A stretch of 64,000 nucleotides of DNA, from positions 434,001 to 498,000 of the forward strand of contig NW_026781872.1 of NCBI RefSeq assembly GCF_031769215.1. Reading direction: 5' to 3'. Both the position numbers and the translations under genes were made by a program. A model generated the notes under the pieces. It was given only the letters and a program-made list of their open reading frames with translations, searched no databases and was not told the DNA's origin. This document shows, one piece after another, positions 50,663-63,121 of this stretch (position 1 is its first letter; each line of letters begins with the position of its first letter). Source of the DNA: Ylistrum balloti. Taxonomy: Eukaryota.

Positions 50663-52664
50663 CATCTCTCAACATTTTTTCAGGGGAGAGCACTCTTTAC
50701 TTAAGAATGTCAAGGTCTGGATTGAAATAAAACAAACAAAGTAATGTAGTTATAGTATTTCATTCCATGTCATTTTCACAATAAGGACAGAAACTGATGA
50801 TGAATATATTCACATACAATCTATTTATTACTTACAATATTTATGATATATAGGAAAAAGGTATATCACAGAAAATAAGGATTTGCACTATTCACTTACA
50901 CATCAACAGAAAGTTTGACCCAAAAGCTGAAACTTTGATACAATTTTCTGGACAGTGGTTTTATATCTAATGGTTGTTTTAATGTTTGAGATTCATTTGA
51001 AGTAACGTTCTAAAATAAACAAAATCTTTACAAAAAAAAAAAAAAAAAAACCAACAAAGCCTGCTTAGTTTTACTCCATTTATCAGGAAAAATGATTGTT
51101 TACATATGATGTTACATCAATGACATTAATGTTTTCATGTTATATCTCAGTTTTATTAAGAGTTTTTCTTAGTTGATTCTCAACAAGGTATAAATACATA
51201 TATAATTATATTCGGAAATTCAATAATTAATTTGACATAAGTCTATGTCATATATAATACAATGCACTTCCGTCATTTTCATTGCACTTCAAATAACTTC
51301 CTCGTCAGAATTGAATTTTGAAAAGAGTTTTAGGAATGAGAGTATAGATATACAATTCCTGTATCAAAAGGAATCTTAGCTTTAACCCAGCCAAAACATT
51401 TACAGAACACAACCCATGTCCAGAACATAGCCATTAAAAATCTGTCTGTGCAAATCATATAAACAGTGATTCTCATAAGGTGCATAATGGTATTTTATGT
51501 GTAAAACAAAAGTACAAAAGTTTGGTGGAAGATGATAACATATTATGATCTTACTGTTTTCTTTCACCTTTAAACAAAACAAGAAATATGTATCTCTACT
51601 TCAATAAATATAATACAAATGTGCCTTGGTGGATTTATAAGCATTCTTATAAGCTTATATCAAATATGCTTGAGTGTCTTGCATTCAAAGATTAAATTAT
51701 TCAAAAACTGTCAATAGAATTAACCTAAAAGCTAAGAAATCTAAGTATCTGGTGCAAAATATCTGGCATAGTATGAAGAAAAACTATAAAAATGATAGTG
51801 CAAGTTCTGATGTCATATTGTCTGCTACAAATTTACTCAAACGCACTTTATGTTGCAAAAGAAAAAATCATAGAAATGTTGTTTATAACTGACTATACAA
51901 TTTTTGCCTGATTTGAAACATATTTGCAGACTGGTATGAATATGGAACCTTTATTTACAAACTATATACAATGTTTTTGTATTAACAAGTAGCAGAAAAT
52001 ACAAAACAATAACACCGTCCATATCAGAACTCTTTTAAATTGTATAAATAGCACAACTTTCTTCCATTTTGTTATTCTCTTTTTTTTTTTTTTTGTAGAT
52101 TTTTTTGGGTGTGATGGGGTGGGGGGGGGGGGGGGGAGGGTAAGATATTTCTGTAAGAAATTACATCATGATATTTTGTGTAACAGAATTTACATTAAAG
52201 CATATTATTTTCTGATCCATTTATTCTCTTATACTGCTGCAAATAAGTTGTGACAACATTATATGTTCACAATCTGACTGGAGTAATTCCAGTGATAAAA
52301 CTTTTAAATAATGATGTTTATCAATTTATAAATCCATGAAAGGCACATCTTGGTTCCTTTCAGCAGCATAACAATACAAATCATTTCATGTGTCCAGATA
52401 GGACATTGAAACATTTATCACCTAATATGGTGTTGAAGATATATATGGTACACACACCGGCCATTTAATGCTGAAACTGATTCAATAGTATGATTTGTTA
52501 TCACAATCTGGTACACATGATCTTCTGTAAATGTTCATAAACTGTTCTTAATTCAAGAAGCATTGTAGGATTTGCAATAAATCCTGTAATCAAACAGAAT
52601 AATGTTCCTACGAGAGTTCATTTAGAATTTTTTGAATTGACCAATCACAGGAGTTGATACATCT

Positions 52665-55600
52665 TTAGCCCATTGATACTTGTAACATGTTTGGTGGTTT
52701 ATTCCGTATTGACATAGTAGGAGTGCCCGGAGATTTCCTGAAGCTTGGTTGTGGCTGTGACATCGCAGTTTCGTAAGTTTTCTAAAATATAAAATTATGA
52801 AAATAAGAAACATACGAATGAAATATTAGCTTTTCACTTGATTATTCAAGTCTTTTTCATACAGTTACAGAGTTACATAAAAACTTTTTCCTCCCTATAT
52901 CCAACATGACAAAGAAAAAAAGTAAACCTATGATTTTTTTATTTGTTTATTAACATGTACTGCAGTTCAGTAAGTGTTTCAAAAGATTATCATATTATAC
53001 AAAACCTATTTCTTTTTTCAGAAAATGCCATTACCAATCAGTAGTTTCCTTCCTTGCTAGGAAACTATCAAACACTTTGTCATGATTTTGGGCAATGTCA
53101 ACAACACTGGTAGTTTGAACTCTGATTTATTTTCACAAGCATTCTGCATGATTTTGTATAATTAGAACAGGTCCAACAGTATCTATTTAATTATATCTGG
53201 ACTGAAACCAAATGTTTATCATATAGAAAATGTTTCATGAGGAAAATGCTACATAACCCTAAATTCACCAATATCTATATTATTAGCATGATGATTATGG
53301 GTGATGTCAATCTACGAGTCAATTATCTATAAACATTTTTGAATTTCCAAAATATAATGGATGTTTCAATCTCAAGATAAATGTAATTCTGGACTGATGA
53401 AAAATAATCTGAAAAAGGTTATACATTTAAATATTGACAAAAGCCAAGTTCATGATCCAATTTTTTCAATCAGTAAAATATACTTACTCTTCGCTGAGTC
53501 CTCATCTGAGCATTATAGAAGGCTGCAGAGTCTGGGTTATTCATCAGCAGTTCCATCTGGAGGCGGTCAAACTTCTCATGTTCATCTTCAGGCTGTATAA
53601 GTGGAGATCACTCTTAATAAATGTTTCTTACTTGACAGACCAGCATTAATAATGTGATAAGTTAGCTATGGTAGTGTACCTTACTCCGGTAATCTGCTGA
53701 TTTCTTTATCATTCCAACATCTGTTGTGTCCCTTATCAACATTCTTCAAGTACTACATCAGACAGACTGTTTACTTCATTGTATGACATGTCTCCAATTT
53801 AACATTTAAAACACAACAAAATGGTCCATGTACAATAAAATGTTATCATGGTTAACATAGGCTTTTTATTACTATATTACAGTGCATTTTTGTGATCATT
53901 GAAATTAAAACCAAGTTCAAAATGTTGCTCACGATGAATGTTTGTGACAGGTTCTAATTGTAAAAAGAAACTCTTGCCTTCTAGCATTTCGGTAGACAAA
54001 GTTATCTTTTGCTCAAATAGTGGATCAGAAAGCAAAGGATGGTAGGTTTAATGACTGGTACAGACACTATAGCCATTTTACAATTAGTGTTGTAGACCAA
54101 TCTAAGTGTAAGCTAGAGAAGACTGAGAGGCATCAATGGAGTAGGATACTCTGTGATGATGTGGTCTTCAGGGGCAAACACATCAGAATTGAATACAGTG
54201 GCAGGTTTTAAGGGTATAAAGATATGGTCGCCTTCTTGTTTCTTACAATTCAGGGATTTCTCAAAGGTCACTGAAGACTTAAGCCAGAGGTTGTGTGTTT
54301 GATCCCCAGACACGCTACTCTTTTCTTGTAAAATATTTGTTGAAATTCAGGCTTTCACCAGACATACTTGTATTGTATGACAGATAAGACTTACGATTGT
54401 ATTTGGATTAAATGGTAGCTGTACTCCGGGTCGGACCCCATGACCTTGGGCTATGCTTGTCTGTGCCTCATCAGATGGTCCAACAAAACTCTCAGAATAC
54501 CAATTGTCAAATTCTGCAAAGCAAGCAAATCTTGTCAGTTCTTTAACTACATGGATTTAGGTCTTTGGTTTTTAGAATACCATACTTAGGGGGAAAAAAG
54601 AAAACTTAATGAAGAAGTGTTGTTGGCACTGTTCCACCAGGAATAACCAAATATGCCACACACTTACCATGTACCAAGATGTGTCCACACTGTTCCACCA
54701 GGAATAACCAAACATGTCACACACCTACCATGTAACAAGCGTTGTTGGCACCGTTCCACCAGGAACAACCAAACATGTCGGACACTTACCATGTACCATG
54801 TGTTGTTGGCACTATTCCACCAGGAATAACCAAACATGTCACACACCTACCATGTACCAAGCGTTGTTGTCACTGTTCCAACAGGAATAACCAAACATGT
54901 TGGACACTTACCATGTACCAAGCGTTGTTGTCACTGTTCCAACAGGAATAACCAAACATGCCACACACTTACCATGTACCAAGCGTTGTTGTCACTGTTC
55001 CAACAGGAATAACCAAACATGCCACACACTTACCATGTACCAAGTGTTGTTGGCACTGTTCCACCAGGAATAACCAAACATGTTGGACACTTACCAAGTA
55101 CCAAGCGTTGTTGTCACTGTTCCAACAGGAATAACCAAACAGGTCACACACTTACCATGTACCAAGCGTTGTTGTCACTGTTCCACCAGGAATAACCAAA
55201 CATGCCACACACTTACCATGTACCAAGCGTTGTTGTCACTGTTCCACCAGGAATAACTAAACATGTCGGACACTTACCATGTACCATGTGTTGTTGTCAC
55301 TATTCCACCAGGAATAACCAAACATGTCGGACACTTACCATGTACCAAGCGTTGTTGGCACCGTTCCACCAGGAATAACTAAACATGTCGGACACTTACC
55401 ATGTACCAAGCGTTGTTGTCACTGTTCCACCAGGAATAACCAAACATGTCACACACCTACCATGTACCAAGCGTTGTTGTCACTGTTCCACCAGGAATAA
55501 CTAAACATGTCGGACACTTACCATGTACCAAGCGTTGTTGTCACTGTTCCACCAGGAATAACCAAACATGTTGGACACTTACCAAGTACCAAGCGTTGTT

Positions 55601-58600
55601 GTCACTGTTCCAACAGGAATAACCAAACATGTTGGACACTTACCATGTACCAAGCTTTGTTGTCACTGTTCCACCAGGAATAACCAAACATGTTGGACAC
55701 TTACCAAGTACCAAGTGTTGTTGTCACTGTTCCAACAGGAATAATCAAACAGGTCACACACTTACCAAGTACCAAGCCTTGTTGTCACTGTTCCACCAGG
55801 AATAACCAAACATGTTGGACACTTACCAAGTACCAAGCGTTGTTGTCACTGTTCCAACAGGAATAACCAAACAGGTCACACACTTACCATGTACCATGTG
55901 TTGTTGGCACTGTTCCACCAGGAATAACCAAACATGTCACACACCTACCAAGTACCAAGCCTTGTTGTCACTGTTCCACCAGGAATAACCAAACATGTTG
56001 GACACTTACCAAGTACCAAGTGTTGTTGTCACTGTTCCAACAGGAATAACCAAACATGTCACACACCTACCATGTACCAAGCGTTGTTGTCACTGTTCCA
56101 CCAGGAATAACTAATCATGTCGGACACTTACCATGTACCAAGCGTTGCTGTCACTGTTCCAACACAAATAACCAAATATGCCACACACTTACCATATACC
56201 AAGATTTGTCCGCACTGTTCCACCAGGAATAACCAAACATGTTGGACACTTACCATGTACCAAGCGTTGTCGGCACTGTTCCACCAGCTTCTGGCAATAC
56301 TGTACTTCTGCCTTCAAATTTTTCAGTTCCTCAAAATCATTTTTGTATTGCAGTTTACAATCTTTGAGACGCTTGATCTCAAAGAACTCTTCTTCGCTGA
56401 TAATGACATCGCCCTCCTCGTTATATTGTGGTCCTAAACATGGAAAAAACTTACGGGTTAACAATGACAGGGTCCAGACAGATTTCACAGTTTGTTGTAT
56501 TATAGTTCTAAACACTGACCTATTGATGTGCTAATGTGATATCATGTAATATCAAGGTAAAGACGTATATTGCATTATTAGAAATAGCACTTAATTTCTG
56601 ACAAAGGATGATGTCGTTCTCTAATGGTGTAATACCTTAAATATATCCCATGAAACATTATATAAATAAACTGGAAAAGTAATTTTGTTCCCTCGAATTT
56701 ATCTCATACAGGGGTGATTTTTAGCCCTCACTCCCCCCCCCCCCACCTCTTGTTTTGGCTAAAGTCCAAATCTATTAAATACATAAATCTTTAATTTACC
56801 ATCCCAATACTGTCCATTTATAAGAAAGCATAAGTTTAATGACTTATTTTAGTTTTTATCTTAATTAAGTTTTTATCTTAATTAAGTTTTTATCTTAATT
56901 AAGTTTTTATCTTAATTCATCAAACAAAAAAACAATTCAATCAAATCAATACTTAGGGCAATTTTCATTTCACACCAACTTTTCAGAGATTTTATTGAAA
57001 ATTAAATGTATTGAATAGAAAGGCTACAATGAAATAGAAATAGGTAAAGGGAGTTAACTCTGATTACCATTATCTTCTCTTTCCATGCGATACTTTTCCA
57101 ATCGTTCTCGTGTCTTGTCAATCTCCACCTTGTTGGCATTCACCTGTCTCGCTAACTCTGCATAGGACTGCTTCTTGGAGTTCAAAATTTCTGAAAAATT
57201 AAATGTGGGAAATCTTTCAAATGCAATCCTAAGATATTAAGACTAAATCATTTTACATCAAAAACCCTGGCTTGAATTTTAAAAATTTGTTGGAAAACTC
57301 TTGTAGTAGACAAAAATTCATCACATCAAATATAAAAATCTTGAACATCAACAAGTAAAGCTTGGACAATATATCTTTATTATAAGCAGATGTTACATGG
57401 ACTTTGTTTCCTCCACTGGGAATCAATATTAACAGTCCGGACAAGTCTGTGAAAATGGCTTGTGATTGGTATCAACCAGGACTAGAGAGTCAGTGAAATC
57501 CAGCTGTATTGAAACTTCACAACACTTTTGCTGGCTATTCCATCTTTTGGTTTTCTCCATTACTAGACACCTAATTAATACAGTCCAATGTTGAAAATTT
57601 AAATAAAAATACAAAGATATCTCCAGAATATAATCATAGCTGATATATTTGGAAGAAACTCTTTCTGCAAATATGCCATGAAACCCAGCAGCAGTAATCA
57701 AGGTATTTCCCAGTAGGTCACTTGCCATTATATTATAAAGTACTTTTAGAAAACAAATTATTGCATACATGCCAGGGAATGTAGATCTGAAAGTCCCTTA
57801 CGTTTATTTTCTGTTAGTACCCTGTTGATCTCACTGCCACGGTCAGCTTTGAACTCCTCAAATGCTTCGGTCCTGGGGGGTGGGGTACTCGTGAGGATCT
57901 TGTCGGCCCGAGACACACCTGAGATGCTGGTAGGGGTTGGGACTTCTCCATCCCGGTCATCCCTCTTCTCACGCTCTGAGGGATGTGGAGACTTAATGTC
58001 CCTCTCTCCCTTGGCACTCTGTGAGGGACTACTAATACTCTTTCCTCCCACCGGACTGTAAAAATAATCAACTTTATAGATACATAAAGATTATGAATTT
58101 TATATCCTACCACAAAATGCCATGCTGACAAAATCTCTGACCATTTATGAAGTAAAAGCAGTCTTAAATGGAATGGGTGAAACAGAAATGAACAATGGAA
58201 TGGGTGAAACAGAAATGAACAATGGAATGGGTGAAACAGAAATGAACAATGGAATGGGTGAAACAGAAATGAACAATGGAATGGGTGAAACAGAAATGAA
58301 CAATGGAATGGGTGAAACAGAAATGAACAATGGAATGGGTGAAACAGAAATGAACAATGGAATGGGTGAAACAGAAAATAATGATGGAATGGGTGAAAAA
58401 GAAATTATCAATTTAATGTCTGTTTACTGCAAACAGATACATAATAATGTACAACTTTACATCTAGATGACTAGCATGTTTCTTCACATCTTAAATCTTG
58501 ATATTAAATTAAGGCTTGTAAGCAATCAATTCATATTTACACAAAAAATGAGAGTATTGGTAGTACTGTTTTCTATCCTCTATTTTAAAGTCCAGATGAA

Positions 58601-61600
58601 CATCATAGAGACGTCTTGATGGCAATCTATAAAACAGTACAAGTAAGCCAGGTATCAGCAGTACGTTTTCTCCACTCTGAGAACTGATACCACCAGAAGT
58701 GTTTCTTGTAGGATTTTTAGAAGATGGCAGTTCTAGGTCTGATGACCCATCCTTTACCTGCCACAGTTACCACCACTAGATTTCCTACACTTGGGTTTTC
58801 TATTTTATCAAAAGGTAGGCAGGCATGAAATCTTCCACAAGTATTGAGACATAACTCCATCTCTAAATCTGTGTTGGTTTCGGACATTGTGTCATGGTCT
58901 GATGTAACTCCATCTGGATTGTCACTGAGTATTGGAGATGACGAAAATTCCAATTAAGCAGCTTTTTAAAATGAGTTTGATTTATTTGCAAGTGTACATT
59001 TGATTAACTATTTTGAAACTGTATTAATTTCTATCTATTTTAGAGGGTGCTATACCTTTTTAATTTTTTTCTTCCAATGTATCTAAGTTTTATTTACAGT
59101 GTGTTAGGTTTACATGTTTGTCTTGTATTCTTGTGTAAGTGTAATCATTAAGTGTAATATGGATAAAAGCAAACATTTGGTCAGGAGAGCTTCTAGAGTG
59201 TAAATAAGAATAGTAAGAGAGCAAACAGGACAGAAACAGATACCTTTTTGTGTCACGTCCAGTGCGACTCTTCCTGTCCTTTTCCCTTTCTTTCTTTTTG
59301 AGTTGAACCACAGATGAGGGATCAGCTTTAGCCACTTTTGGAGCCATTCCGACACCGAATCCCTGACCGTCTGGCTCACCCACCAATGTGCCATCATCCG
59401 TTATAGCAACACCCGCCTTCACAGGTAAAATAAAGGGATCACTTAGCAACACAATGCATGTGATACAAGTTTTCATCATCAGATTTAAAATGACTGGATC
59501 CAATTATAATGTATTAAACCTAGGGATGAAGTCCAATATATAAACTCCACCCTACTCTATCAAAGAAACAAGCACCACCCTATCTCCATGCCAACTCTCT
59601 AACTGCCATAAATCCTCCCAATATAGATCCTATACAATCACCCTTCTCCCTCCTGACAGTGCTGTCTATATATGACAGTGTGACTTACCTGTTGAGCTGT
59701 GACAGTGTGACCTACCTGTTGAGCTGCCGCTATAGCAGCAGGGTCAGTCCTGTCTATAAGGGTGAATTTCTGTCTTAATCTCTCCTCTACATCTCTCTCC
59801 ATTTGTCTAAAAAACACAGCAGATGTATAATAGTATACCAAGGACAACATCAGTCTTGTAATATCTGAATGGATCTCCTGATAAAAAATGCATGTGACCA
59901 ATACATAATTCTATCCTCAACAAACTGACATATGTTTTTAACAAAACCTAACTTTATCACAAAAAGTTACCCGCAAAAAAGTACCCATAAAAAGTTATAC
60001 ATTTTCAATACCCACAAAAAAGAAGACCTTTTCAATACCCACAAAAAATATGTTTTCATCAGAAACCGTTATACCTTTTCAATACCCACAAAAAGTTATA
60101 CCTTTTCAATACCCGCAAAAAAGTTATACCTTTTCAATACCCACAAAAAATTATACCTTTTCAATACCCACAAAAAAGTTATACCTTTTCAATACCCATA
60201 AAAAGTTATACATTTTCAATACCCACAAAAAAGAAGACCTTTTCAATACCCACAAAAAAGTTATACCTTTCAATACCCATAAAAAATTATACCCATAAAA
60301 AATTATACCTTTTCAATACCCACAAAAAAGTTATACCTTTTCAATACCCATAAAAAATTATACCTTTTCAATACCCATAAAAAGTTATACCTTTTCAATA
60401 CCCACAAAAAAGTTATACCTTTTCAATACCCACAAAAAAGTTATACCTTTTCAATACTCACAAAAAAGAAGACCTTTTTTTATCTTTTTCTTTCATTTAA
60501 ATAGTCAAGATCACCTCTGATTGTGTAACTTTTTATACCTTTTATTTTTAAGTATTAGATTGGAACCCTGGTCAGAAATGGTTCTAGCATTTAAAGTTAC
60601 AAAACATTTGTACCTAAATATTTGTACCTTTTTGTATATTTTTTTATATGGGCCAATGTAATTTATGAAAGCTTGTGTTCCAGTGTTTTATACGTTACCG
60701 AGACAAAACAACATTAACTTACAGATAGATATCTCGGAATCCTTCAAAAGTTCCCTGTATTTGTCTGATGTTTACGATCTGTAACATAAGGAAATATAGG
60801 GATTGATTTAAAGTCCATCTAACAACAGAAAAAGGTAAAACAAATATAGACGTACCCATACATCAGCAGTAAACCATATGGGATATAGATATTGGTAGAT
60901 GTGACACTTGAAAATCAAAAAGTATCTGTATAAAGTTAAACTGTTTAAAAGTAACATATTACTCACGTCAATTTCTTCCAGTGAACCTTCCAAGTAACGC
61001 CTGACTTGCTGCCGTATCTCATATCTCTGTTGCTCTGACAGAGGCTCATATGTGATCTGAGTCCGGTTTGTCTGTTACAGTTATAAACAAGTGGTAGTTA
61101 TCTCCCCTTGATAAGCAATGGTATATAATGTTAAAGTCAGGTTCAATCAATGTACAGTGTTTTAAGCCAGGTAATAAGCATACCTACAACAAATGCTCTG
61201 TAGAAATGTCATCATGTGATAAATCACGAACCGATGTAATAACTCGTCCCAAATTTCTGAGGGGATAACATTTTTACTGTTTCTTTGGGTACTGAAATGA
61301 TCCATGAAATAATAAGATGTGTTTCGATATTAGTCATGGTTCAGTAAGATTAGAGGTACAGGCTGCTGACAGAGTAATACTGTCACTAGTCGACCCAGTC
61401 TTGTTACTAAAGGATATTTTGACAATTTCATTCATATGGAACTGATTAAATGGTATGTGATACAGATTGTTTGTTATCTGGTACAGAACACCTTCATACA
61501 TATATTAAATTGATTATCATACTAATGTTTGGCTGTTAAATCAGAAATCACATATTTGAACAATTTTATTTTGGGTCATGAGAAATACTCTCAAAATAAG

Positions 61601-63121
61601 ATATCAACTTGTACCAACATTAAGAAATTTCAATTAATTAGAATTTAATTATTTTCCTCAAAGTGAAAATTGAAATTTAATTATTTCTCTTTACGTGAAA
61701 ATTAAGAAAATTTAAACCCCTGGAAATAATCAGCTCTGCAGTGTTTTCCTCAAGCACCCGAAGAAGAAATTTCTTTTTCTTGCCTTGTGGATAAATTAAT
61801 AAGATTTGCCATCTACAGAACAAGTACTATGATGAAGTCATCTAACAGATTAAAGTGAGACATTTGATCATTGGTTACAGATATAGCAATATCTTCTCTA
61901 TACTTTTTAAATCTCATTTCATTTCAAAACTGAAAGAAAAAAATGACAACTTTTATATGTAAGATGAGGATGAGTAATTATATATTTTACTTTTGAGCTG
62001 CCAAGCTTGTCTCGAAGGGAAGTTACATATCAAAGCCATCATACAGTCACAATAATTTATATATAACTTTATAATCTAAAAGTCTTCCATCTTAGACTCA
62101 AATTTCCAACCTCACCCTGAATATGGTGAATGTTTCATATCCGAGGCCCCAACTCACATACTTGCCAATTCTCCCTAAAACAGGAGGGAGATTACTGTTT
62201 TTGACTGCCAATTTAGATCTATCAGTAAATAATATAAACATTAATTGTTCAAAATTTCAGAGCCCAAGTAACAGATCTAACAAAATAAACAGATTAGTAT
62301 ATAATGTTTTAAGGTACAAGTTTGTATCCTATGAAGATTCTAAAAGTATGTACGGAGGACATGACAGAATTCTGTTGGTCTGTACTCACCAGGGTGTCAT
62401 GCATCGCTAATTCATTCTTCAGATGTAGTATCTCTCTCTGTAGTTTCTTAACCAATACCTAAAATACAAAGAAATGTCACAATTTTATACAGAAATTTTC
62501 TCTGTTTTAATCATGATTAACAGAATCTTTTTTTCAAACAAAGTCTGATCATTTATTGAATCACCTAAACAAAATAATACATTGTCTTCTGCCCGCTAGA
62601 ATCAGAATTTTGTTTTAAATTTCAGGACATGTGATTAAATTCTTGTATCTGAATGTAACCAAATTGTAATTAGTTTCTTTCGTATACCTGTATATATAAA
62701 GTTATGGTATAATAGTCCTTTAGACTTTTACCGGCTATCCATAATACAAAGAATGTTGGTAAGAAATATTTATATGTTGTTAATTATTCTATTGCTGATG
62801 ATGTGAATGCATAAAGGTAAAATATGTTGGAAACATTAACAAGCAGCACTGACCTTCATATCCAATACCATATATGCAGTGGATTTTTGCACATTACGGA
62901 AACAGAACACAGACTGAGACATAATAACAAAACAGTATGATCACTTACACTTAAAAAGAATTAATCAACGCTAAAAAATTTATCATATTCTGGAAAATAA
63001 ACTAATCCACTTGGTATAATATCAACAACTTTGTATTACTTACCGCTGGGTCATAGACCTCATTAACGGACGGCTCACTCGCAACACACATCATCCTGGT
63101 GGCAAACCGCAATGTTGATAC
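52665..63121 (-). CDS. KIF9: Kinesin-like protein KIF9, 3' portion (end of motor, stalk, tail); gene continues past the window end
   Basis: Exons (minus): 63121-63044 (VSTLRFATRMMCVASEPSVNE), 62458-62390 (LKNELAMHDTL), 61071-60967 (TNRTQITYEP..QVRRYLEGSLEEID), 60778-60723 (IVNIRQI), 59806-59716 (KFTLIDRTD), 59416-59244 (LVGEPDGQGFGVG), 58055-57802 (AFEEFKADRGSEINRV), 57190-57068, 56433-56254 (EEFFEIKRLK..AEVQYCQKLVEQCRQRL), 54513-54395 (EFDNWYSESF), 53592-53488 (EDEHEKFDRLQ..PDSAAFYNA), 52781-52665 (TAA). The total is 1470 nt with all phases compatible. These motifs match KIF9 tail segments as I recall them. Confidence 0.93.
54613..56287. repeat. 61-bp minisatellite, about 27 copies, derived from a KIF9 exon end plus 5' splice site
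   Basis: The minus-strand unit is 34 nt of exon (CTGGTGGAACAGTGCCGACAACGCTTGGTACATG) plus 27 nt of intron (GTAAGTGTCCAACATGTTTGGTTATTC). The first copy is the real exon-intron junction at 56254/56253. Confidence 0.97.
56851..56918. repeat. 17-bp tandem repeat, 4 copies
   Basis: AGTTTTTATCTTAATTA x4. Confidence 0.9.
58169..58402. repeat. 27-bp minisatellite, about 8-9 copies, in a KIF9 intron
   Basis: GAATGGGTGAAACAGAAATGAACAATG tandem copies. Confidence 0.95.
59950..60478. repeat. About 28-bp minisatellite, about 18 copies, in a KIF9 intron
   Basis: GTTATACCTTTTCAATACCCA(C/T)AAAAAA tandem copies. Confidence 0.95.

Noticed and set aside
50647-50675. MLRDVLVYI as the PLPP start exon spliced to an alternative acceptor at 40192
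   Set aside because: A closer candidate (40678-40648) fits the stronger acceptor at 40205 in phase 1, the phase expected for PLPP intron 1.
46338-50744. About 20 near-identical ORFs (MYTNSPETFLYINKP...)
   Set aside because: These are translations of a 65/54-bp minisatellite whose unit is not a multiple of 3, with no splice or homology support.
52100-52142. G-rich run (possible G-quadruplex) downstream of the KIF9 stop
   Set aside because: It is a simple homopolymer of a kind that recurs elsewhere (56730, 63745), and the transcribed strand would be C-rich.
53685-53752. Possible KIF9 cassette exon (AG...GGA|GTAAGG)
   Set aside because: It is 68 nt and frameshifting with a poor pyrimidine tract, and the flanking exons already join in phase 0.
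58122-58466. ORF with (MGETEMNNG)n repeats
   Set aside because: It is a 27-bp minisatellite antisense within a KIF9 intron, with no supporting exon structure.
58717-58953. 78-aa minus-strand ORF within a KIF9 intron
   Set aside because: The nearest acceptor gives a stop in the required phase, and the flanking exons 59244 and 58055 already join correctly.
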